A stretch of 64,000 nucleotides of DNA, taken from Ignavibacteria bacterium. Lineage in GTDB: Bacteria; Bacteroidota; Ignavibacteria; UBA10030; F1-140-MAGs086. Both the position numbers and the translations under genes were made by a program. Below the pieces are notes generated by a model, which ran no database searches, had not been told where the DNA came from, and worked only from the letters and a program-made list of their open reading frames with translations. The stretch lies in the NCBI GenBank assembly GCA_016873775.1, contig VGWC01000002.1, positions 4,832-68,831 on the forward strand, in the 5' to 3' direction. This document shows, one piece after another, positions 56,908 to 64,000 of the stretch (the stretch's first letter is position 1; each line of letters opens with the position of its first letter).

Positions 56908-58200
56908 TTACCTCTTCCCTTTGCCCCACACTTCCCAAAGTGGAGTTACTAAACGATAATCACCGAAACCCGTTTCATCAACAAATGTAAAGCGGCGATT
57001 TTGGTCATAGTACGACCAAATCTCGTACGGCTTGATTTCTATGTCAAATGGATGACGTTCAATGTTATCGGGATTTCCAAAAATTATATAGACCATTCCT
57101 CTATCGGAACGCCAACCAGAACCTTGAACAGCATATTGTTTGTTTGCATACGTAACACGAGAAAAATATTCTTCCAACAATTCATTTCGCTCTGTTTGCG
57201 GCGTCGGGTCTCGACGTTTCCAAAACTGTTCGAATCGTTGTCGCCGTTCGTCATCCGAAATTGCCTTCTCTTGCAACGAATCCATCTCCTCGCTCGTCGA
57301 AATATACACCATTTGAGAAATCGCCTCGTCTATAATGGAAATGTTCGCTGGTATTCCCTTCCATCGCGTGCGAATAGCCATTGTACGTTTTGGCAACTCG
57401 TACGTTGAATCGGTTTGAATTTTCGATATTAATTCCAATGAATCTTCACCAACAGGTAATTCTAATTTCTTGAAATTAAAAACGATGGTATTTCTACCTT
57501 TCGCTAACGTTGTACTCATCGTATCACAAAATAATTCCTCCATTTGACGAGTAAAAATCCGAACCATAAATTTAGCATTTTGAGATTCGTTTTTTGCATA
57601 CACCTCATAATATAATTTCTGTTCATTTGTTTCTCGCTCCAAAATTTGACTAATGTTTGGCAATGGTTCATTTGTTTCGTCTCGCCCACGCATCAGCATT
57701 ATATCACTGATCTCAAACGCGGATTCGCCAAACTCCTGCACATGAACCGATTTTTGCATTCGGAATAATTTTCTTGTCTCAACATCTCGCACTTGCACTG
57801 ATATTATATATTCTTCGGGACGAAATAAAAACGAATGTGTGTGCATTGCAAACGATGTTGTAGAAGTCGTTTGTTCATACGATTGTAAGTACAGTTCTTC
57901 TCCCCATTGTTTTTCATAGAGTAACGAATTACGAACATCGAAAAATGAAATCTGTACTTCGTATGACGCAAAAAATCCTTGTTCAGATTTAATAAATTTC
58001 AATCCCGAGTACTCGACTTGCACATACACTTTTAATTTCGTTAGCGCAGAAGTATCACTTGCAAAACTAAGTGTCGTAAATGTAAATTTTGGTAGTCCAA
58101 GTTCTTCTCCTTGAAGCATCTGTTGTGCTATCAACGGCAAATCTATTATCGAAAACAACAGAATAATTACAATAAATATTTTTTTCATACCAATGTTCAT
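56908..58200 (-). CDS. GWxTD-domain protein, secreted
   Basis: Signal peptide. C-terminal QGSGWRSDRGMVYIIFGNPDNIERHPFDIEIKPYEIWSYY matches the GWxTD signature. Confidence 0.55.
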   Translation of the reverse strand: MNIGMKKIFIVIILLFSIIDLPLIAQQMLQGEELGLPKFTFTTLSFASDTSALTKLKVYVQVEYSGLKFIKSEQGFFASYEVQISFFDVRNSLLYEKQWGEELYLQSYEQTTSTTSFAMHTHSFLFRPEEYIISVQVRDVETRKLFRMQKSVHVQEFGESAFEISDIMLMRGRDETNEPLPNISQILERETNEQKLYYEVYAKNESQNAKFMVRIFTRQMEELFCDTMSTTLAKGRNTIVFNFKKLELPVGEDSLELISKIQTDSTYELPKRTMAIRTRWKGIPANISIIDEAISQMVYISTSEEMDSLQEKAISDDERRQRFEQFWKRRDPTPQTERNELLEEYFSRVTYANKQYAVQGSGWRSDRGMVYIIFGNPDNIERHPFDIEIKPYEIWSYYDQNRRFTFVDETGFGDYRLVTPLWEVWGKGKR

Positions 58201-58203
58201 TTT

Positions 58204-59541
58204 CTAAATTTTATTTTTCAAAATCTCCTGCGACACCTTTCCAAACACATCATAATGTTCCGCTTTCGTAATTGTAACATTATAAAAATTTCCAATTTGT
58301 AATTCTCGTTCGGAAGAAACATACACTTCTCCATCAACTTCTGGCGCATCACATTCACTTCTTCCAACATACGTACTTCCTGCGCCGCGTTCAATCAATA
58401 CTTTCACATTCTTTCCAATCTTTTCAGAATTTTTTTTCAACGAAATTTTTTGCTGCAGTTCCATCAATCGAGAATAACGTTCGTCTTTTTCTTTTTCTGA
58501 AATCACATCGCCAAACGGAAATGCTGTCGTATCATCTTCTTGCGAATATTTGAAAACGCCAACTCTATCAAATTCCATTTCTTCTACAAAATTGAGTAAA
58601 GTGCGAAAATCATTTTCAGTTTCATTCGGATAGCCAACAATGAATGTCGTTCGCATAGTAATGTTTGGAACAACCGAACGAATATGCGAAATCAATTCCC
58701 GCAAGGTACGATTAGTAATTCCGCGCCGCATTGATTTCAAAACTTCATCTGCCGCGTGTTGAATCGGCATATCGAGATACTTGCATATTTTTTTATTCGT
58801 CGCAATTTCTTCCAAAATATCGCGCGGAAATTTTGTCGGGTACGCATACAATAATCGAATCCACTCAATTCCGTTCACTCGCGAAAGATTTTGAAGTAGT
58901 GATTTCAATTCACGCGAATTTGACATATCCAAACCGTAGTAGGTTGTATCTTGCGCAATAATATTCAATTCTTTCACTCCTTGCGAAACGAGATGTTCCG
59001 CTTCATGCAGCAATTCATCCATCGGTTTGGAGATATGTTTTCCGCGCATAATCGGAATAGCGCAAAACGAACAAGGGTTATCACAACCTTCAGAAATTTT
59101 TAAGAATGCAGAAAACGTCGGTGTAAGCAAAACTCTCTCACCGAGTAATTCATATTTCAAATCTCCGCCAAGCGCGTGAACAATTTTTCCGATTTCTGAA
59201 ATCGTTCCGAAAAATCCATCTACTCCTGGAATTTCTTTTTGCAAATCACTTTTATATCGCTCGGATAAACACCCCATCACGAAAACTTTTTCCAACGCGC
59301 CCTTCGATTTTTTTTCTACTGCTTCGAGAATCGTGTTCACCGATTCTACTTTCGCGGGACCAATAAATCCACAAGTGTTAATAACAACAACAGAAGCATC
59401 GTTGTAACCTTTTGCGATTTGCATTTCATTCGAGCCGATTTGCCGAAGCAATTGTTCGCTATCAACTAAATTCTTCGCACAACCAAGCGAGTGAACGAAA
59501 ATGGAATTGCTTTTTCCGTTATGTTTTGTTTTGATTTTCAA
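58204..59541 (-). CDS. rimO: Ribosomal protein S12 methylthiotransferase RimO
   Basis: N-terminal MTTase domain (SLGCAKNLVDSE), a radical-SAM CxxxCxxC (CDNPCSFC) and a C-terminal TRAM. Length is 445 aa. Confidence 0.8.
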   Translation of the reverse strand: MKIKTKHNGKSNSIFVHSLGCAKNLVDSEQLLRQIGSNEMQIAKGYNDASVVVINTCGFIGPAKVESVNTILEAVEKKSKGALEKVFVMGCLSERYKSDLQKEIPGVDGFFGTISEIGKIVHALGGDLKYELLGERVLLTPTFSAFLKISEGCDNPCSFCAIPIMRGKHISKPMDELLHEAEHLVSQGVKELNIIAQDTTYYGLDMSNSRELKSLLQNLSRVNGIEWIRLLYAYPTKFPRDILEEIATNKKICKYLDMPIQHAADEVLKSMRRGITNRTLRELISHIRSVVPNITMRTTFIVGYPNETENDFRTLLNFVEEMEFDRVGVFKYSQEDDTTAFPFGDVISEKEKDERYSRLMELQQKISLKKNSEKIGKNVKVLIERGAGSTYVGRSECDAPEVDGEVYVSSERELQIGNFYNVTITKAEHYDVFGKVSQEILKNKI

Positions 59542-59558
59542 TTTCTTACTTCACTTGA

Positions 59559-59655
59559 ATAGAACACTGATGACGCTGATTAAACAGATGTTCACAGATT
59601 ATTATCCGTGATAATCAGTCACATCAGTGTAATCCGTGTTCTATTTTAAATTTCA
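59559..59655. repeat. Inverted-repeat (MITE-like) element
   Basis: The left arm is aatagaacactgatgacgctgat. The right arm is atcagtcacatcagtgtaatccgtgttctatttt. The central sub-hairpin is gattatta-tccgtg-ataatc. Confidence 0.6.
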
Positions 59656-59664
59656 AACGAATGA

Positions 59665-60468
59665 CTAATTACCAATTACAAACTTAAAATACATATACAC
59701 CATAGGAGCGACAAAAAGCAAACTATCAAATCTATCCAACACCCCTCCGTGTCCGGGAATTATTGTTGATGAATCCTTTATGTTTGCATCACGTTTCAAC
59801 AGCGATTCAAATAAATCTCCGAGTTGTCCAAAAACTCCTACAAATACCGAAAGCATTATCAATTCATTCAAAGAATAATTGTGGAGAATAGTATTGTAAA
59901 GTGCAAACACTGACATTATTGCTCCAAGAAATCCAGCTATCGCTCCTTCCCACGTTTTCTTCGGTGAAACTCGTAGAAACAATTTATGCTTTCCAAATGC
60001 TCTGCCTCCAAAATATGCAGCAGAATCGCAAATCCAGATTGAAATAAAAATAGCAATGACAAGTTCTGCATTTTGCATTTCACGCAATGCAAGCAATGTT
60101 CCAAAACTTCCTGCGATGTAAATAATTCCGAAAAATGTTGTTGCAAGATTTTGAATCGGGTTTTCTTTGTTGCGAAATAATTCTACAATGAAAATGAAAA
60201 ACGAAAACGAAAAAATGAAAAATGGAAGTTTCGTGAATAAGAATAATTCCTTAAAGAACATTACCAATAAAATTATTCCGAGAATAACTCCTAAAACTTT
60301 TTGCGGATGAGTTCCTTTCGCTTCTGCAAGTTTGTAATATTCTAACATTCCAAGAACAGTAAGCACGACAACGAACAAAAAGAAAACCCAATCTCCTTGA
60401 TACGTGATGAAGAAAATTGCAGGAATTGCAACAAGCGCAACGAGTGTACGAGAAGTTAAATTACTCAA
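59665..60468 (-). CDS. cdsA: Phosphatidate cytidylyltransferase
   Basis: SPKKTWEGAIAGF and IPGHGGVLDRFDS are the CdsA signature. Confidence 0.85.
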   Translation of the reverse strand: MSNLTSRTLVALVAIPAIFFITYQGDWVFFLFVVVLTVLGMLEYYKLAEAKGTHPQKVLGVILGIILLVMFFKELFLFTKLPFFIFSFSFFIFIVELFRNKENPIQNLATTFFGIIYIAGSFGTLLALREMQNAELVIAIFISIWICDSAAYFGGRAFGKHKLFLRVSPKKTWEGAIAGFLGAIMSVFALYNTILHNYSLNELIMLSVFVGVFGQLGDLFESLLKRDANIKDSSTIIPGHGGVLDRFDSLLFVAPMVYMYFKFVIGN

Positions 60469-61391
60469 GCGATTTGTTCCTTTGGTTCAATCGTTCTCAA
60501 AAAATAATATGTTGAAACGGCAAATATCATAGCAGAAATAATGCTCGTCGTTAACAATTCGAGCATCGAAAGTTCTTCCGGTTTTCCCGAAACAAGAAAA
60601 TCATCGCCAAGATTTAAATACACTGCATAACAAGCAAGCGCGTTGTTGAAAAAATGCGCAATAATAGCAACCCAAATACTTCCCGTGTGCGCAACAAGAA
60701 AGGAAAAATAAATTCCCAAAATGCAAAGCGGAATAATAAGAAATGGATTCAGATGATAAACTCCAAATAATATTCCCGTAACTATAAAACCGCGTTTCAC
60801 TCCAAGTCCGCGTTCAAAATTTTGCTGCACAAGTCCGCGGAATAATATTTCCTCACACAATGCCGGAACAATGGCAACAACAAGAATGACGAAAAATAAT
60901 TCGGGAATTGAATTTGCAGTTACAAGCGATTTATACATTTCGTCCATCATGTTCTTGAACGTATCAATAAGAGATTGCAATTCGCTCGGCAAGGGAATTT
61001 TTTCTTGCAACGTTACTACTACTTGCAGCGATTGTCCTAACGAAAACACGCCAACAATTGCAAGTACAATTTGCGATAGTTTTGGTTTCCTGAATCGCAA
61101 AAACTTTTTCAAATCGGTCGTTTGATATTGCGTAAATAAAAGTGTCGGTAAAAGCAAAAATAAAAATTGTGAAAGCATTGTAGCAATGCGTACGATATTA
61201 GTGTTTTCAGAAAAATCATTGCCGAAAACCAGCATCGCAGATAATCCTCCAATGATTTGATATGTGAAAAACACAACAACAAGCACAATAAATGCAAATG
61301 CCGTGTATGACATTCTGAACTTCGGTGAAATTATTGAAGTCGGAATTTCTACAATTGGTTCGAGAGAAATTGTTTCAGTTGTTTCAATCAT
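60465..61391 (-). CDS. CPBP-family (CAAX/Abi) intramembrane metalloprotease
   Basis: EEILFRG, FGVYHL and HFFNN are the three CPBP motifs. Confidence 0.8.
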   Translation of the reverse strand: MIETTETISLEPIVEIPTSIISPKFRMSYTAFAFIVLVVVFFTYQIIGGLSAMLVFGNDFSENTNIVRIATMLSQFLFLLLPTLLFTQYQTTDLKKFLRFRKPKLSQIVLAIVGVFSLGQSLQVVVTLQEKIPLPSELQSLIDTFKNMMDEMYKSLVTANSIPELFFVILVVAIVPALCEEILFRGLVQQNFERGLGVKRGFIVTGILFGVYHLNPFLIIPLCILGIYFSFLVAHTGSIWVAIIAHFFNNALACYAVYLNLGDDFLVSGKPEELSMLELLTTSIISAMIFAVSTYYFLRTIEPKEQIA

Positions 61392-61522
61392 TTAATCTTG
61401 GAAAGTACAATCTATAATTCTCTGCGCAAATCTGTGAAATCTGCGGGAGAATGTTTCCCGCAGATTACGCAGATGAACGCAGAAGAATTCTTGAAATGCT
61501 AATAACAAATAACGAATAACAA

Positions 61523-62515
61523 TTAACTATTCACTTTCAACTTAATCATCGCCGCAAGCAACGGAATCATAATCTCATGATGACCTACAAAATAAAATCC
61601 TCTTCCAGTTCCCTGCGTTGGACGAAGCATTACATTTTGCGTCGGACGATAATGCAAATTCATATCGAAGACAGCAGTTGTAAATCCTTGCGCTTTGTAT
61701 CCAAGATTTCGAGCGACCGTTAATGCTTTCAAAAATACTTCGGGAAGAATAACAGCAGAACCGATATTCAAAACTACTCCGCCGTTTTTCAAATCTTTCA
61801 CTACGTTCGCAAAAATTTTAAAATCGCGAAAACTCATCTCCCCAGTTGCCGCTCCGTCCATCGTCGGTTGCTGATGAATAATATCCGTTCCAATCGCGGC
61901 GTGAATTGTAATAGGAATATTTTTTTTCAAACACGCAACGAGAACACTTTGCGAAATGAATTTCGCTTTACGTTTTACAAGTTCATTTGCCAATGCTTCT
62001 CCGTAACCACACTCACTTTCTTTAAAATGTTTCTTCAATGTTTTATTGATAAACTCTCCCGTTTCTTTTGACATTCCAAACGTTCCATCGAGAAGATTCA
62101 CTGCAACGTCTTCGGAAGTATTTCCAAACAACGCAGTTTCGCTATCGTGAATTGCCGCCGCGCTATTCATTGCAATTCCGGTAATGATGTTTCGCTCAAT
62201 CAAATCAATAATAATCGGCGACAAACCAACTTTGATAACGTGCGCACCGAGCATCAAAATCACCGGCATTTTCTTCTTTCGTGATGAAATAATATCGTCA
62301 ATCAAAGTTCGCAAATCGTTTGCAACCAAAATATGCGGAAGTGATTCGGTAAATTGTGAAAACGAATTTTCTATTTCATTGTACACCTTTGCAAAATCAC
62401 TTGGCTGCACTTTGCTTTTCCGATTTGCAATTGAAATCGTTTTGATTTTTGAAAGTGAAATTTGTTTGTATTTGGATTTTTGTTTTTTCATTTTCTCTAT
62501 AGTTACAAGTTGCAA
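61523..62515 (-). CDS. Deoxyhypusine synthase-like family protein
   Basis: GAHVIKVGLSPIIIDLIERNIITGIAMNSAAAIHD parallels the DHS NAD/spermidine-binding core. Confidence 0.45.
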   Translation of the reverse strand: MQLVTIEKMKKQKSKYKQISLSKIKTISIANRKSKVQPSDFAKVYNEIENSFSQFTESLPHILVANDLRTLIDDIISSRKKKMPVILMLGAHVIKVGLSPIIIDLIERNIITGIAMNSAAAIHDSETALFGNTSEDVAVNLLDGTFGMSKETGEFINKTLKKHFKESECGYGEALANELVKRKAKFISQSVLVACLKKNIPITIHAAIGTDIIHQQPTMDGAATGEMSFRDFKIFANVVKDLKNGGVVLNIGSAVILPEVFLKALTVARNLGYKAQGFTTAVFDMNLHYRPTQNVMLRPTQGTGRGFYFVGHHEIMIPLLAAMIKLKVNS

Positions 62516-62562
62516 GTTACGGGTTACGAGTATAAAACTTGAAACTTGTAACTCAAAACTCG
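62503..62562. repeat. Palindromic array of 7-bp tandem repeats
   Basis: GTTACAA GTTGCAA GTTACGG GTTACGA GTATAAAACTTG AAACTTG TAACTCA AAACTCG TAAC lies between two minus-strand genes. Similar heptamer arrays are at 10913-10941 and 63352-63382. Confidence 0.6.
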
Positions 62563-62568
62563 TAACTT

Positions 62569-63399
62569 TTATTTCTTTGCTTTCATTGGATTTTTTATTC
62601 CGCCATATTGCTGCAATTCTGCAACAATCGCACCGACAATTATTTTCGAAGACATTTTCACAGGAATTTTATTTTCGTCGTCTGAGAGCCAAATTGTCAT
62701 ATTGCCTGTATTCTTAAATAATCCACCTTTCCGAATAAATGGCTGAATTTTCAAAGCGCGAAATTCTCCAGCACCGACATCTACTTCTTCTGTTCCAAAA
62801 TACTTTATGTCGAGCGCGTACGTTGAGTCTTTGTAAAAATTTTGCAAGTGAATTTCATCATTCGGTCTCAATGCAGTAAAATCAACCGTGCGGCAATAAT
62901 AAAAAGCGGAAACAATATCATGAACATAATCTGGAATTTTTATATACTCGATATCATTGCTCACTATTGTTTGGGCGAAATGATTTCGTTGGTCAAATTC
63001 TGCAACAAAATCACGGCGATAATTTCCCTCGCGAATATGCTGTTCAAACTTCCACGGAAAAATTCCCTGCACATCCACAAATGTAAAATACGAATCGCGC
63101 ACTGTATAAATCCAATCGAATCCTTTTGCAGAGCGAACTTTCACGGCAATTTTGTAACACTGTCGTTCATTCAATAATTCAATCGAAGGAATTTCCATTG
63201 TTGCAACGCCAGCAGTAATAAATCCGTAATCAATATCGAAGACAAGTTTTTCGCCAAGTGTGAATGCGTTATTTTTTTGAGTACGAAAAACGAATATGGA
63301 ATCAGATTGAGAAAAAGAATCAATTGGAATAAACAGAAAATAAATGTACAAGAATACAAATCGTAATTCATAATTCGTAATTCGTAATTTATCTACCAT
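62569..63399 (-). CDS. DUF3108-domain protein, secreted
   Basis: Signal peptide and GEKLVFDIDYGFITAGVATMEI, the DUF3108 N-terminal pattern. The first 13 codons are encoded by a heptamer tandem repeat. Confidence 0.5.
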   Translation of the reverse strand: MVDKLRITNYELRFVFLYIYFLFIPIDSFSQSDSIFVFRTQKNNAFTLGEKLVFDIDYGFITAGVATMEIPSIELLNERQCYKIAVKVRSAKGFDWIYTVRDSYFTFVDVQGIFPWKFEQHIREGNYRRDFVAEFDQRNHFAQTIVSNDIEYIKIPDYVHDIVSAFYYCRTVDFTALRPNDEIHLQNFYKDSTYALDIKYFGTEEVDVGAGEFRALKIQPFIRKGGLFKNTGNMTIWLSDDENKIPVKMSSKIIVGAIVAELQQYGGIKNPMKAKK

Positions 63400-64000
63400 T
63401 TGAATTTTGCAGTTTCGATTTTATCTTCTCAAACACTTCTTCCACCGAAATCGAGTTCATACACTCACATTCATTTACAGAAATACAATTGTTACAATCA
63501 ATCGGTTTGTTGTTTGGAGAAAATTCTATTTTATTTTCTGTGTACGGTCCCCAACGTGTTGAACTCAAATGTGGAATTTGTGGAAAGAAACCAACAACGA
63601 ATGAACCAACAGCAACAGCAAGATGAAGCGGTCCTGTTGAATTTGAAATGAACAATTTACCAAGAGAAAGCAACGCAATAAATTCTTTAAGAGAAAGCGT
63701 TTCATCCAACAGAATTGCTTTCTCGCCAATTATTTTGGAAACATTTATCAACAACTCTCTTTCATTTTTTCCACCGCTTACAAGAAGTTTTGTATTTGGA
63801 ATTTCTCCAATTTGCTTTCCGAGTAATCCAAAATTTTTCCAATGCCAATTTCTCGATGAACCTCCACTTCCCGGATGAAGAATGACAAGCGAATCTGTTT
63901 CAAAAATATGTTTTTGCTGCAAAAGTTTTTGAACTTTGTCTTTTGCTACTTCATCAACAACTAATTGGGGAAATATTTTTTCTTTTGAAACAACGCCAAG
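63389..64000 (-). CDS. Glycosyltransferase family 9 (LPS heptosyltransferase), partial (continues beyond the window end)
   Basis: LVILHPGSGGSSRNWHWKNF...GPLHLAVAVG is the GT9 C-terminal domain. The frame is open to nt 64000. Confidence 0.7.
   Translation of the reverse strand, partial: LGVVSKEKIFPQLVVDEVAKDKVQKLLQQKHIFETDSLVILHPGSGGSSRNWHWKNFGLLGKQIGEIPNTKLLVSGGKNERELLINVSKIIGEKAILLDETLSLKEFIALLSLGKLFISNSTGPLHLAVAVGSFVVGFFPQIPHLSSTRWGPYTENKIEFSPNNKPIDCNNCISVNECECMNSISVEEVFEKIKSKLQNSNGR

Noticed and set aside
1-64000. CRISPR array, rRNA, transposase or integrase genes
   Set aside because: No regularly spaced 25-40-bp direct repeats and no transposase or integrase motifs (DDE, tyrosine-recombinase R-H-R-Y) were seen in any frame. 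The repeats present are short palindromes or MITE-like elements.

Overview
The window is a 64-kb, AT-rich (roughly 35% GC by eye), gene-dense chromosomal stretch from a Bacteroidota/Ignavibacteriota-like (FCB-group) bacterium. The lineage call rests on a T9SS C-terminal sorting domain on a secreted protein, a PorX-type REC+PglZ response regulator, and GWxTD and DUF3108 proteins. Most content is housekeeping. I identify recG (partial), a hisA-like gene, pfkB-family kinase, dapB-dapA, msrB, porX, tsaE-tsaB, accD, panC, prmC, acpS, hutH, hisS, era, mnmA, recQ, ispF, lnt, ltaE, argS, rsfS, 5'-nucleotidase, ftsH-hpt-tilS, rimO, cdsA and a GT9 heptosyltransferase (partial). There are three tRNAs: tRNA-His(GTG) directly upstream of hisS, tRNA-Ala(CGC), and tRNA(CAT) directly upstream of tilS. 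I found no CRISPR array, rRNA, transposase or integrase. What stands out is a set of decayed or inactivated genes and a rich repertoire of short intergenic repeats. The decayed genes are a +1 frameshifted RelE/ParE toxin next to an intact antitoxin-like gene, a three-piece SRPBCC pseudogene, a truncated 4HBT thioesterase, a DUF4160-like remnant, and a 3-hydroxyacyl-CoA-dehydrogenase homolog that has lost its NAD motif and catalytic His. The repeats include about-95-bp inverted-repeat MITE-like elements, a 22-nt exact motif shared upstream of hisS, mnmA and an unknown gene, a 27-nt CAATAAT..CAAGTGAA motif at recQ and a CoA-transferase, GTCATT/CGAATGAC palindromes, and heptamer tandem arrays. 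Candidate novel functional units are a low-GC islet that couples an NCS1 nucleobase transporter to a divergent UDG-superfamily (GINPG) protein and an orphan DUF2281-like antitoxin-like gene just upstream of recQ, an isolated YtoQ/SLOG-like gene inside a repeat-rich non-coding island, and an unusual periplasmic-domain::DedA fusion. No large coherent novel multi-gene system is evident. All calls rest on reading motifs in the supplied translations and on manual RNA folding; no database search was possible.
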